The translations under genes and the position numbers were made by a program. DNA of 64,000 nucleotides from a virus (taxonomy: Duplodnaviria; Heunggongvirae; Uroviricota; Caudoviricetes). This document shows positions 1 through 9,083 of the stretch, piece by piece. The DNA lies in the IMG/VR virus record IMGVR_UViG_3300036399_001023. One strand, 5' to 3'. The notes below the pieces were generated by a model. It searched no databases and was not told the DNA's origin. It saw only the letters and a program-made list of their open reading frames with translations. How positions within the stretch are numbered: position 1 is the stretch's first letter; the number at the start of each line of letters is the position of its first letter.

Positions 1-488
1 TCGACTAAAACACGACAGTTTGGGTGGGCTCCCTGAAGTTGCATTGCCTGGAAGTCAAAGTTTTGTAGCCTACCTGGAGTCTCGAACTTTATGCCCAGCC
101 TACGGGATTCCCCTGGCCCGAACATACTGTCGAATTCGCACTCCATTTTAAGTGCGTAGTCGTGATGGCAGGCCAGGACATAAACCGCCCTCCCCTCGGA
201 AGCAAGGCAATACGCTTCCTTGAGCATTCGAGTAGTGCGACCTGTTTGCTTTAGGTTGTCGAAAGGTGCTGTTGTTGTTGATTTTATCATAGAGGAATCG
301 GGTGCCTGGAGACCGGGATCGAGCGTACAAGCTTGGACAATTTGCTTAAGGTGACATCGAGATAACCGCCCCATTTTCTCATTTTCTCGTCTAATTCTCT
401 CAGTTTCTTCTCTGAACGCGGCATTTCGAGCAGCCAGCGCTTCTGTTTCTCGTTGAAAGGGTTTCAGCCAGTCTGGGCAGTTACTCAT
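1..488 (-). CDS. hypothetical protein, 3' end truncated by window start (ATG at 488..486, GGAG 7 nt upstream; absent from ORF track because no stop occurs in the window)
   Basis: manual translation of minus strand MSNCPDWLKPFQRETEALAARN... runs open to position 1. Confidence 0.4.
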   Translation of the reverse strand, partial: MSNCPDWLKPFQRETEALAARNAAFREETERIRRENEKMGRLSRCHLKQIVQACTLDPGLQAPDSSMIKSTTTAPFDNLKQTGRTTRMLKEAYCLASEGRAVYVLACHHDYALKMECEFDSMFGPGESRRLGIKFETPGRLQNFDFQAMQLQGAHPNCRVLV

Positions 489-737
489 TGCTCCCCTTTC
501 GTAGTAAAGTCAACACTCTCAGTGTTAACCCTGTCAACGTTAATTGCATGAATGTCATCAATTCCAGACTTGGTCACGATCCAGCATCCGTCCCAATGGT
601 CGAATGTGACCCATCGCTTTGTGCCAAGGCACCCGGTCACTCGTAGCCTGTCTCCCCTTTTTTCAGAGTGGTTTTGGCACTATCTGTAGCCAGCTTATAT
701 AGCCTTACGCGTCTAGCTCGCTCCTCTTCAGTGTGGG

Positions 738-1109
738 TCATAATAGAGATCTCATTGAAACTTCGCAAGCCTTCAACCAAAGGGTGTCACGGCCAATCCT
801 GTCGGCGATCGTCTTCAGCTCAGATACATCACAAGGTACCTGTAGCCAAGTTTCCTCTGGGTCTTTGTTTGGTGTGTATCCAAGGGAGAACCGGCTTGCT
901 TTCATACAAAGGTGCCCTTCGTTGTCCATACCGTATTCCTCCCCCGTTACGTCAGTAACGGTGTGTCCCGACAGCAGGACTCTGAGTAGGATTTCTATGG
1001 GTTCCTTTAGGTTTTGTTCAGTTGTCATTAGTTTTGGGTCTGTTTTCGACAAAACTGCAATTAGAGGGGTCAGTGTGGTAGAAAAACGTCCATTCATATT
1101 GATAGTCAC
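738..1109 (-). CDS. hypothetical protein (true start possibly internal Met near 1028)
   Basis: ORF track 123 aa; overlaps upstream gene by 92 nt unless internal start used. Confidence 0.35.
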   Translation of the reverse strand: MTINMNGRFSTTLTPLIAVLSKTDPKLMTTEQNLKEPIEILLRVLLSGHTVTDVTGEEYGMDNEGHLCMKASRFSLGYTPNKDPEETWLQVPCDVSELKTIADRIGRDTLWLKACEVSMRSLL

Positions 1110-1452
1110 ACTCCCAAAGGGGAAGTCCGATGGCCATCACCTCTTCTTCTAAATCATCCCAACTAGGCTTATTTTGCAAGGCAGCAGTAATTGCCCTGTC
1201 GTACTCCTCGTCTTCTACGAAGTGAGTTTTATAGAGATTGACCACAGGGTGGCCTTCAGCGTAGTTAACCATAATGCCCTCCCAACCCTCTTCCTTAAAC
1301 TGATTAAGTTTTTCTCTGAAATCTTCAAGCTGTGTATTCAGTTCCTCTAGAGTATTCCAATACAAATAACGAAAAGGGAGTACGCAATCGAGTTTCTTGT
1401 ACTCCTTGACAGGCTTGAGGTAAGTTAGTTTGGGCTTTGAGGGGTCAGTCAT
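1018..1452 (-). CDS. hypothetical protein
   Basis: ORF track 144 aa, same strand as neighbours, 4-nt overlap with next gene. Confidence 0.45.
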   Translation of the reverse strand: MTDPSKPKLTYLKPVKEYKKLDCVLPFRYLYWNTLEELNTQLEDFREKLNQFKEEGWEGIMVNYAEGHPVVNLYKTHFVEDEEYDRAITAALQNKPSWDDLEEEVMAIGLPLWECDYQYEWTFFYHTDPSNCSFVENRPKTNDN

Positions 1453-1799
1453 GGCAAGTTACCGTAAGTGTATAGGAGCTTGATGGCAAAATTCACCACG
1501 ATGTCGCGAATATCTGTATCTTCAACGTAGGGTGAATAGACGCATCCGTAGTTATTCACGTAGACTAGGTCCGTAGACTCAGCCAGTGCAATGATTTGCT
1601 CAGGGGTAGGGAGTGGTGGGGGACGGTGACTGGTTGACACACCGGCAGCAACCATTTCCTTAACTTCAGCAACAAATTCAAGGCAAGTTACTCTTTCAGG
1701 GCACGTAAAGCAGTCGTTCTCTGCAATTTCGGTGTAGGACTTGGCCCTGCCGGGGCTGTAGCATTCTGGCTTTTTGCGAACTCGATTAATTCTCCTCAA
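1449..1799 (-). CDS. hypothetical protein (Cys-rich N-terminus)
   Basis: ORF track 116 aa; ATGA-type overlap coupling. Confidence 0.45.
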   Translation of the reverse strand: MRRINRVRKKPECYSPGRAKSYTEIAENDCFTCPERVTCLEFVAEVKEMVAAGVSTSHRPPPLPTPEQIIALAESTDLVYVNNYGCVYSPYVEDTDIRDIVVNFAIKLLYTYGNLP

Positions 1800-2347
1800 G
1801 AATCACCTTCGTCAATTTTCGGTAGCCGGGCCATAATCTCCAGGTAGAAAACATGGTACTTTACAGTTCGAGCAATGTCCCCATCGGTGACACCTTTCAG
1901 ACGCCGAACGTCAGTATTGTGCCTCAAGTCACAGAGCTTCACTCTCATGGCGTCTTCGTTTGAGAAAACACGGAACTTGTACTCTTCGTAGGTTTCCCCC
2001 GGTGCTTTCGTTAGGCATCGAATGCCTTCGATAATTCGGGCAGTGAACCCCTGATCACGTAAATCTGCGTAAGTGACCTTGGTGTCTTCAATAATGTCGT
2101 GACCGAGCGCAATGCACTGAAGCTCAACATCGTCGGTCTTCAGGTAATGCATCACCTTGAGCGGGTGCAAAATGTAAGGGTTGCCACCCTTGTCGTACTG
2201 ATCGGCGTGGGAGTTGGTCGCCAGTACCAGCATTTTATTGAGGAGTTGTCCTTTCATGTCTTTCTCGGGAGCGTTTGTCTTGTAACTACTATAGCGTTTT
2301 CTCTTCGAGAAAACAAGGCGGGAAACCGCCCCGGAGCAACCGGTCAC
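1796..2347 (-). CDS. HD-domain phosphohydrolase, (p)ppGpp-hydrolase-like
   Basis: motif HSHADQYDKGGNPYILHPLKV resembles the RelA/SpoT-type HD domain (H..HD..P.I.HPL). Confidence 0.55.
   Translation of the reverse strand: MTGCSGAVSRLVFSKRKRYSSYKTNAPEKDMKGQLLNKMLVLATNSHADQYDKGGNPYILHPLKVMHYLKTDDVELQCIALGHDIIEDTKVTYADLRDQGFTARIIEGIRCLTKAPGETYEEYKFRVFSNEDAMRVKLCDLRHNTDVRRLKGVTDGDIARTVKYHVFYLEIMARLPKIDEGDS
2284..2332 (-). promoter_or_regulatory. intergenic terminator-promoter cassette
   Basis: plus actatagcg..ttttctcttcgagaaaac..aaggcgggaaaccgcc; minus reads GGCGGTTTCCCGCC hairpin + TTG + hairpin + TATAGT. Confidence 0.5.
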
Positions 2348-2703
2348 CCATCGTGCTTCGCTACCTCCCTAGCCCGGTCCCGCATTGAGTATATGCGTCG
2401 GCATTCATCGTCGGTGAGCCCAAGGCCCTTGCTACGAAGGTCACGAGAACAGGTAACTGTGTTCAAAATTCTCGACAAAGCCCAGGTAAAGTCCTCCTCG
2501 GTGTAGTTTGAGCGAGGAGCCCAGTCTGTGGTGTGGCGCCAAGGGTGGGTCTTTCCTGTGTTCCGGTAGTAGGCCACGCTCTCGAAACGAGTATGTAGGT
2601 ACCCGTTCTCGTCTTCTCCCAACAAAACTTCAATGGCACCGTCCGGGTCCATGTCATCGAAGTCGGGTAAATGGGGTGGATAGTTAAAGGTGGTGCCGGT
2701 CAT
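2344..2703 (-). CDS. hypothetical protein
   Basis: ORF track 119 aa. Confidence 0.4.
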   Translation of the reverse strand: MTGTTFNYPPHLPDFDDMDPDGAIEVLLGEDENGYLHTRFESVAYYRNTGKTHPWRHTTDWAPRSNYTEEDFTWALSRILNTVTCSRDLRSKGLGLTDDECRRIYSMRDRAREVAKHDG

Positions 2704-2705
2704 GC

Positions 2706-3248
2706 TTACTCTCCAGGGTTTCTCGTCTCAATGCTCCCACGATTCCCCTGAGACTTGAGTTTCTGTACCCTTGCATTTTCTCGTCGTATAGCCAGTTCAA
2801 GCCCGTCAAGACTTGAAACCTGGGGAATTCCGTATTGGCCACAGAAAATGTCAACGTTGCCCTTGCGGTGGAACCCCTCTGGGCAACACACAACCGTTTT
2901 TCTGACAGCGTAGAAACCGAATCCGGCGACGAAGCCAAGTTCGAGCAAAGAAACAGGACTAATGGTACCCGGTGCCAGATACATGACAACCATGCCAGCC
3001 ATCTCTAGGGCATCAAGCTCCCACTCAACCTGCTCTCGAAACACCGGGTTATCGGCGCTTTGAACCCAAGTTGGGTCCCAATCGTCGCGTCGCGGATTGT
3101 AAATGTCAATGTCAATGTCAGCAAGACTACGTTCGAGGTCAGCTTGCCAGTCGGGTGCAGAGCCCATTTCTATTGAACCTGCAAGAAATACACTGAGCCT
3201 CGACGAGAAAGGGGGTAGCTGTGCCGGTGGTTTGTAAATAGTTGCCAT
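2706..3248 (-). CDS. nucleoside 2-deoxyribosyltransferase-like / DNPH1-like protein
   Basis: SVFLAGSIEMG...DW resembles the DNPH1/Rcl and deoxyribosyltransferase signature (YFCGSIRGG). Confidence 0.35.
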   Translation of the reverse strand: MATIYKPPAQLPPFSSRLSVFLAGSIEMGSAPDWQADLERSLADIDIDIYNPRRDDWDPTWVQSADNPVFREQVEWELDALEMAGMVVMYLAPGTISPVSLLELGFVAGFGFYAVRKTVVCCPEGFHRKGNVDIFCGQYGIPQVSSLDGLELAIRRENARVQKLKSQGNRGSIETRNPGE

Positions 3249-3277
3249 GGTTTCAAGGTTAAGTAGTTGTGATTAAA

Positions 3278-3565
3278 TTACCAGGAAATTAAAATGTGAA
3301 GGGTCCCAACTAGTCTAACCTTGTACCCGTCTTCTTCTTCTAGAACTCTAGCAACTTCCCCTTTAGTGGAGTAATCGCAGTCTCCAAGGTAAACGTTCGT
3401 ATACTTGACACCGTAACCCCTATTAATATCCTCACGTATGGCTTTGTAGCAGTGCTCCAAAAATCTCCTCACGGTTTCAGGGTTAGCTTGTGGGTCCGGG
3501 GGAGTTACAAACCTCTGTGAAGCTTCAGCAGCTGTGATTCGGTTTGAAACTTCAAGGTTTAGCAT
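3278..3565 (-). CDS. hypothetical protein
   Basis: ORF track 95 aa, downstream of cassette 3597..3663. Confidence 0.4.
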   Translation of the reverse strand: MLNLEVSNRITAAEASQRFVTPPDPQANPETVRRFLEHCYKAIREDINRGYGVKYTNVYLGDCDYSTKGEVARVLEEEDGYKVRLVGTLHILISW

Positions 3566-3596
3566 TGTTGTTGGGTACTTGACTCGGGAGTTACAC

Positions 3597-3663
3597 TAAG
3601 TATACCGTTTCTGCTCCGCAGAGACAAGCCGGGAAACCGCCCCAGGGTGAACGGGAAACCGCC
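3597..3663 (-). promoter_or_regulatory. intergenic terminator-promoter cassette (double GGCGGTTTCCCG hairpin)
   Basis: agtataccg-tttctgc.tcc.gcagagac-aagccgggaaaccgcc + acgggaaaccgcc; minus: TTGTCT-17nt-TATACT. Confidence 0.55.
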
Positions 3664-3679
3664 TAAGCAAATGACTCGC

Positions 3680-4198
3680 TTAAGGGGAACCCTCTGAAAG
3701 TGGGGGCAACGGCAATGGTACCGCACCGGGAATAGCCTTAGGCACCCCGATCTTGCGCTCTTTCGGCGGTCCCACTTGCGCGTCTGCGGACAGGCCCCCG
3801 TAAGCCGGTGCTTCCAAGCCTGTTGGACTGAAAGTTGGTCCAGGTGAGGGAGTGTTGGAAAGCTCTGTGAACTCAGGGGGAAGGCTCGGGGGAGCTGAGC
3901 CAGGGGGCGAGAGACTAACCACAAGGTGGTTGAGACAGTCGGTATAAGGGGGCATTGCACCCGTTTCTACTATCTTCTGGGAGAGGCTCGTCCTCTGAGT
4001 GTGAACCCACTCGGACAAAATCTGCGAAATTTTGTCGGCCCAAAAGTCTGCGTTCTCTTCGTCGTTGCCCTCCTGGAGAAATGCACCTTGAATTTGGCTC
4101 CAAAGGGAATTTGACTTTCGTTGGGCCCGTTCGAGCTCAGCGGTTAGGAACGAAATTTGTTCCTTAAGCTTTTCAATTAGTTCTTGGGAGTTTGACAT
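3680..4198 (-). CDS. hypothetical protein, N-terminal coiled coil, Pro-rich C-terminus
   Basis: ORF track 172 aa. Confidence 0.4.
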   Translation of the reverse strand: MSNSQELIEKLKEQISFLTAELERAQRKSNSLWSQIQGAFLQEGNDEENADFWADKISQILSEWVHTQRTSLSQKIVETGAMPPYTDCLNHLVVSLSPPGSAPPSLPPEFTELSNTPSPGPTFSPTGLEAPAYGGLSADAQVGPPKERKIGVPKAIPGAVPLPLPPLSEGSP

Positions 4199-4300
4199 TG
4201 CTTAGTTTCGTTGTTGCGGAGTACGGTATTCAAACTTGGGGTCGTAATAATAATGCTAGTAAGTTGTCGAAAGTGGGTGGACCGCACCGCGAGGGCAAGG

Positions 4301-5053
4301 TTAACATCCCTGGACTTCAGCCAGAAGCTGCCCCAACAGCCGGTCAACCACCGGCCACTGGTCGGAAGTGCGGTACTTGCGCAGGCGGATCACGTGCGAT
4401 ATCTCAGCGGCCAGCGCCTGAGTCCATAAGGGTTCGCCTAGCCGTTGTCTCAAGTGGGCGCACAGAGGCGCAGGGTCACATCCTGGGTGTGATTTGAACA
4501 ACCGGTGATAATCGCTGTGGACAGACTGTAGCAATTTACCTAAGTCGAGAACGTAAGACTGAAACAAATTAGTCTTGAAATTAGGGTCGATCAGAACTAT
4601 TCCCCCGTTATTTTCTACAATGATGTTTTCAAGCGTTAGGTCACCATGCGAGAAGGAGGAAGGTAGTGGAACTATTTCGTCGAGGAAATCGAAAGTTCGA
4701 CGAACTATCTCGCTGTCTGTCAGAGAAACGTGCTCTAAGTGAAGACGCTCTTTGTAAGACCCCCAGTCCGTGTGTCTTGACGCTGGGAGCTTAGACCAAA
4801 TGAAGACCTGGTCTACCAAAGTGTCAATCAAACGTGTAGATTCAATTTGTGTTCCACAAACACCTTCAATAAACTCAATGTCGTAATCTGAGTCCGACAC
4901 ACAGATTGTTTGCGGGAGGCGAACACTTGGTGCCAAGGTATACCGAGAAGCAATGCGAAACCACTCGCACTGCTCACCGGCATCCTTACACTTTTTCCGT
5001 ATGAAATCCCCAGAGAAATCCAGGGTGGCCCCACTACTTCCCTTCACTAACAA
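4301..5053 (-). CDS. APH/choline-kinase-fold phosphotransferase (anomeric sugar kinase or choline kinase-like)
   Basis: HGDLTLENIIVENNGGIVLIDPN matches the Brenner/catalytic-loop pattern of APH/ChoK/AmgK kinases (HGDl.p.Nil...liD). Confidence 0.55.
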   Translation of the reverse strand: MLVKGSSGATLDFSGDFIRKKCKDAGEQCEWFRIASRYTLAPSVRLPQTICVSDSDYDIEFIEGVCGTQIESTRLIDTLVDQVFIWSKLPASRHTDWGSYKERLHLEHVSLTDSEIVRRTFDFLDEIVPLPSSFSHGDLTLENIIVENNGGIVLIDPNFKTNLFQSYVLDLGKLLQSVHSDYHRLFKSHPGCDPAPLCAHLRQRLGEPLWTQALAAEISHVIRLRKYRTSDQWPVVDRLLGQLLAEVQGC

Positions 5054-5747
5054 GCTCCCGAATGCGAGCGCAATCCGCCTCGTAAGTTAAGTCTCCCCAT
5101 ATCACACCCATGGAAGAAAGTGATACTGCTTGACGATTCTCCGCCATGTTTATCATATCCGTAATTTCAACCTCGCCACGGTCGCTCTTGCGAAGGTCAC
5201 CAATGGTGTCAAGGTATCCCGCAGGGAAACGGGCAAAACCACAGAAGTAACGGCCTTCGAGTTGTCCGTGTGGTTTTTCAATCACATAGTTGTCGATTAC
5301 TGTGGCGAGTTGAAGATTTCGTGGATTTAGTGACTTACGAAGATATGAAAACCACACTGAGTTCTCAAGGTCAGAGCCAAGTAAAACTCGTTCGGCATGG
5401 GGGATCGTTCCGTGGTAGTAATTATCCCCAAACAGCACAGTGAATGGGCCGTTGATCACGCCTGCCCACGTAGTGATCGCAGCTCCTGGTCCGTAAGTTT
5501 CCTCACTCTGGAAACGAACGATCGGGTCGCAAATCTTGGAAACTTCATCTAGAACAGGGTGGTAAATGCGAGTCCCGTCGGTCTTAATCGCCGAGCGCGA
5601 GAGCGTCAGATAGATGTTTTCCGCACCGTTTTCAAGAGCGAACTTGGCAGCCAGGTAAGGAAGTGACACCCCGTCAAACTTTTCCTCAAGTTTGTTTCGG
5701 CCAAACCGAGTACTACGACCGGCAGCAAGAATGAGTGCGTTCTTCAT
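5034..5747 (-). CDS. sugar-phosphate / phospho-alcohol nucleotidyltransferase (LicC, MurU, RmlA-like)
   Basis: N-terminal MKNALILAAGRSTRFG is the (L)ILAAG.G.R(L/F) pyrophosphorylase signature; 20-nt overlap with the downstream kinase. Confidence 0.6.
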   Translation of the reverse strand: MKNALILAAGRSTRFGRNKLEEKFDGVSLPYLAAKFALENGAENIYLTLSRSAIKTDGTRIYHPVLDEVSKICDPIVRFQSEETYGPGAAITTWAGVINGPFTVLFGDNYYHGTIPHAERVLLGSDLENSVWFSYLRKSLNPRNLQLATVIDNYVIEKPHGQLEGRYFCGFARFPAGYLDTIGDLRKSDRGEVEITDMINMAENRQAVSLSSMGVIWGDLTYEADCARIRELVSEGK

Positions 5748-6100
5748 TGTTCAATTTCCTTATATTTTGCGGAGAACTGAGCGGGAGTCATTGCTTTGTC
5801 GTCTACATAGTATGCCGCCCAAGGTTTTCCAACCAAGATGGTATCGTAGGGTACATCGAATTTAGTGCAGAACTTTTCGATTTCCTCGATAACTTCTTGT
5901 CTCACACTTTCGATGTCACCGTCTGAACGACCCATTCCCCTCGCTGTATTCAAGATGATCGTCCACCCTGCATCCTTCATTGCTCGCATACCCACAATTA
6001 CTTCCATCTTCGGTAGAGAGTTTTCGTAATCGCGGTTTTCTGTTGTGAGGATGGTGTCGTCAACATCGAAAACGATGGTTTTCTTTGGGTCGGGAATCAT
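5744..6100 (-). CDS. HAD-superfamily phosphatase
   Basis: IVFDVDDTILT (DxDxT motif I) plus downstream Thr/Lys/Asp motifs; ATGA overlap with nucleotidyltransferase. Confidence 0.5.
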   Translation of the reverse strand: MIPDPKKTIVFDVDDTILTTENRDYENSLPKMEVIVGMRAMKDAGWTIILNTARGMGRSDGDIESVRQEVIEEIEKFCTKFDVPYDTILVGKPWAAYYVDDKAMTPAQFSAKYKEIEQ

Positions 6101-6138
6101 TGGTAGCCGGAAGCTGTTCTAAACATAGGGGAGAGGAG

Positions 6139-6166
6139 CTTATAGTAAAGGGCGGAAAACCGCCCT
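6139..6166 (-). promoter_or_regulatory. short cassette variant (hairpin GGGCGGTTTTCCGCCC + TTTACT..TATGTT)
   Basis: cttatagtaaagggcggaaaaccgccc. Confidence 0.4.
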
Positions 6167-6171
6167 GGTGA

Positions 6172-7038
6172 TCAGTTAAGCACTGAGATTGTCTCGTTTG
6201 TGATGGTTTTGAGGCGGATCTCCGAATACCGGGAAAGCCACTCATCCTTTGTTCGACGGCTCTTTGGACTCGCGAGGTCCGGAAACTCAGCACAAAGTTT
6301 CTCTACGGTTTGGTTATTAATCTGAAGCTTTCGCTCCAGGTCTTCGCAGGTTCCGCCACCGCCTGTGTGCTGTTTAGCTTTCACACAGATGTTGTCGAAT
6401 CGCAGTGTCCCGTTTCCATTAACAGTGTGGTACAGAGACAAGAAGTAGTCGTCCTTCATACTGTACTCAGTGATTAGCTCAAAGGCTGGGTCGCCTGCGT
6501 AGAAACCAAATGCGTGGCCCATAATGAACTTGAGCCCCACAGTCACCTTTGGGTGAAGAAAACCCTTGTTGCGAACGGCATAGAAACCGAACAGGCCAAT
6601 ATCGCGCCGCTTGCACATTCGGAATCCTCGATCAATAAGCTCTGATAGCTCCACCACGGTTTTCAGGCGACACGGGTGGTCGAGTGGCTTCTGAGTCCCC
6701 TCAAGGTCTTTTAAGAGCTCAAGTTCCTCAACGGCGCTAACGTCGTCGTCGAACGAAAAAACAGGAGTCCCTTTGTCGTAAAAGTTAGAGATGAAGTGAC
6801 GTTGTTTTGTCAAACCCTTTTCACCAACAACGATATTGTATGTAGGATTTGAACTCTGGTAAATTTCCTTCTCTTCATCGTTTGCCACGAACAAAGTCAC
6901 GTGGGAACAATTAATGTCTGTTTTTTCAAGGTAATTCAGAGTGAGTTTCTTCACTCCGTCGGGCCTCCCGTAAGTTGGGATGGCAATCTGATAGTCCATA
7001 TTTAAGTGTAGTTGATGTGACTGTTGATGGAGCGTCAA
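6172..7038 (-). CDS. GT-A fold glycosyltransferase (GT2-like)
   Basis: YQIAIPTYGRPD near N-terminus and FDDDV (DxD) motif. Confidence 0.45.
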   Translation of the reverse strand: MTLHQQSHQLHLNMDYQIAIPTYGRPDGVKKLTLNYLEKTDINCSHVTLFVANDEEKEIYQSSNPTYNIVVGEKGLTKQRHFISNFYDKGTPVFSFDDDVSAVEELELLKDLEGTQKPLDHPCRLKTVVELSELIDRGFRMCKRRDIGLFGFYAVRNKGFLHPKVTVGLKFIMGHAFGFYAGDPAFELITEYSMKDDYFLSLYHTVNGNGTLRFDNICVKAKQHTGGGGTCEDLERKLQINNQTVEKLCAEFPDLASPKSRRTKDEWLSRYSEIRLKTITNETISVLN

Positions 7039-7087
7039 GAGTAGACGTCTGCTGCGTCCTCTTATCTCCGACTGTGTTATCCGGTGG

Positions 7088-7852
7088 TTAAACTAAGTTG
7101 CAAAAGATAATTTGTCTCCAGCGAGACACCAGCATGTCAGCGTACTGCTGTCGAGTTGGTGGGTTCGATTGCGGGTCGCTATTTTCGTAGAACCCAAGCG
7201 ACCACGCATCGTTAAGTTCAACTAGGCAGTACCGATTCAGGTCAGGCCTCCAGCCGATGTCAATCGTGTAAGCACCAGGCGCAATATTTGCCTCTAGCAC
7301 ACCCATAATCTCTTCAATCAGGCCGAAGTCGGGTTCGGGGTTTCTTACGGGCTTGTCGTCATACCGCGACCACCCCTGAATTTTACCACCCCCAATGAAG
7401 TCGTGAATGTAGAACCGAAATTCCGACTCAAAGGGCACAGCCTGAGAGATCCACACTGAAGTGTTATCAGAAATTAGTCCAGGTATCTTCAGTTCGAGCT
7501 CTCTCTTGATGTCCCCGGTAAACAACTTTATTGCGGTTGGCTTCACAAAGTCTTCCAAGGTTGCTTCACCGTACACTCCTTGTCGAACGGACCTCATAAG
7601 GTACTTTTTCAGTTCTGCATTACACCCGTAGGAAAAGTCCTCAGGTAGCACAATACCTACGTGTTCACTGTAAGCTTGAACAAATTCCACCGATCCCACA
7701 GGAATCAATGTAGCCATGAAACCTTTAGGGTCTAACTTCGACAGATCATAAAACGAGCAATATTGGACAGGGTAACAGGAGAAACTACACGCAACCTTTT
7801 CGATTTGTAGTGGTCCTCCGGACTGGAGTAGGAAAGTAGGATTTTTCATCAC
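7088..7852 (-). CDS. hypothetical protein, possibly ATP-grasp-like
   Basis: C-terminal YCLVELNDAWSLGFY resembles the ATP-grasp E.N Mg-binding motif; weak. Confidence 0.3.
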   Translation of the reverse strand: MMKNPTFLLQSGGPLQIEKVACSFSCYPVQYCSFYDLSKLDPKGFMATLIPVGSVEFVQAYSEHVGIVLPEDFSYGCNAELKKYLMRSVRQGVYGEATLEDFVKPTAIKLFTGDIKRELELKIPGLISDNTSVWISQAVPFESEFRFYIHDFIGGGKIQGWSRYDDKPVRNPEPDFGLIEEIMGVLEANIAPGAYTIDIGWRPDLNRYCLVELNDAWSLGFYENSDPQSNPPTRQQYADMLVSRWRQIIFCNLV

Positions 7853-7861
7853 GGTGGGTAA

Positions 7862-8047
7862 TTAGTTAGGAAACAACGACAGTATATTGGCATTAACCCA
7901 CTGGGCCTCTTCTCTCGACAACTTCAGCCACAGAAGGTCAAGCTCGTCGAGCAAGGCCTCCTCCGCGTCCTCGTTTCCCTCTCCCCTTAACTTCAGGGAC
8001 AAGCTAAGTTTTTCGCAGTAATCTTTAACTTTGTTAGTCATTGACAC
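7862..8047 (-). CDS. small hypothetical protein
   Basis: ORF track 61 aa. Confidence 0.3.
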   Translation of the reverse strand: MSMTNKVKDYCEKLSLSLKLRGEGNEDAEEALLDELDLLWLKLSREEAQWVNANILSLFPN

Positions 8048-8631
8048 GTAGAGTCAAGATTGGATCGAAGCATATTGCAGAAAATACGACCTTGTTCAAT
8101 AGCATCCTCTACAGCGATGTGAGTATGCTTGTTTTCGAGGGGAAACCACTCTTTCGGGTAGTTCCGTTTGGTGGACTCCCGGTATCCTCTTTTGAGCAAG
8201 GCCATAGCATAGGTCTTACCGTCAAGCGCCGAGAAGCTAAATGGGGACTGTCCAGTGAACCGAATAAGGTACCAATACACGAAAAGAAAGTCAAACCCTG
8301 CAGGAAAACCCACGAACACTGGAGAAACTTTTCGAACATTCGCTTGAGAGAACGAGCTTGCTGTAGCACTGACCCATTGAGAAAAGGCGAGCATGGCTCG
8401 GTCGGCAGGTAAAACCTTCTCTCTGGTTGCTCTGTAGGCCTCCGGGTGAGACTCCCACCACGCTTGGGTAGTGGGGTCCGGGTCGGCTCCGGGGAGGGTC
8501 TCTAGGTTCACAGAGAAGGTGCCCAGGAGTTTTCCGTCAGGGGAAAACGCAGCCGACCCAAGCGAAAGCATGCTGTTAGGTCCGGGGATCGGTCCGTCGG
8601 TCTCAACGTCTGTGCTGAAGTAGATTTCCAT
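8038..8631 (-). CDS. DEDD-family 3'-5' exonuclease-like protein
   Basis: [10 protein letters not shown] Exo-I-like motif near N-terminus. Confidence 0.45.
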   Translation of the reverse strand: MEIYFSTDVETDGPIPGPNSMLSLGSAAFSPDGKLLGTFSVNLETLPGADPDPTTQAWWESHPEAYRATREKVLPADRAMLAFSQWVSATASSFSQANVRKVSPVFVGFPAGFDFLFVYWYLIRFTGQSPFSFSALDGKTYAMALLKRGYRESTKRNYPKEWFPLENKHTHIAVEDAIEQGRIFCNMLRSNLDSTCQ

Positions 8632-8652
8632 CTGTGGCTCGTTTGTCTTTGG

Positions 8653-8700
8653 TTATTTTACCGTGTCTACGCTGTAGAAGCAAGGGCGGGAAACCGTCTC
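8653..8700 (-). promoter_or_regulatory. intergenic terminator-promoter cassette
   Basis: ttattttaccg-tgtctacgctgtagaag-caagggcgggaaaccgtctc. Confidence 0.45.
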
Positions 8701-9031
8701 ACCTCTTACCCGGAATGAACAAATTTGAGGCAGGTTCGTCTTCAATGCGAATTGCTTCCTTGGCGGTCAGGTCGTTGGTTCCTTCGATGCGAGTAAACGT
8801 TAGTCCGTACCCTTCACTCTCGGCTTGAGATGCAACGGAGTAGAGCCCCAGCGATCGTACAATAAGGTCACCCTCCGACAAGCCCTCTCGTTGAGCAAGT
8901 GCCCGGAAAGCCTCAGCGAAGCTTACCGGGAGTTCCACCGTAATGGTTGTTGTTGCTTCAATGGGTTCAATACTCTCCGAGGCAACTTGCCGCTCCGCAT
9001 CGCCACCGTTAAGCTGTTTGTTTGTGTCCAT
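8699..9031 (-). CDS. hypothetical protein
   Basis: ORF track 110 aa. Confidence 0.4.
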   Translation of the reverse strand: MDTNKQLNGGDAERQVASESIEPIEATTTITVELPVSFAEAFRALAQREGLSEGDLIVRSLGLYSVASQAESEGYGLTFTRIEGTNDLTAKEAIRIEDEPASNLFIPGKR

Positions 9032-9083
9032 TGTTAGTAATGCTGTGTTTTGTTCGTTAACTGCCGCTTCGGCGGCTTCAGGG

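Noticed and set aside
668-1152. Plus-strand ORFs 668..958 and 733..1152, and similar plus ORFs at 2099..2506, 36152..36763, 41758..42312, 54886..55338, 62738..63292
   Set aside because: All lie antisense to better minus-strand genes or run through intergenic cassettes. No promoter or RBS context on plus. Treated as shadow ORFs.
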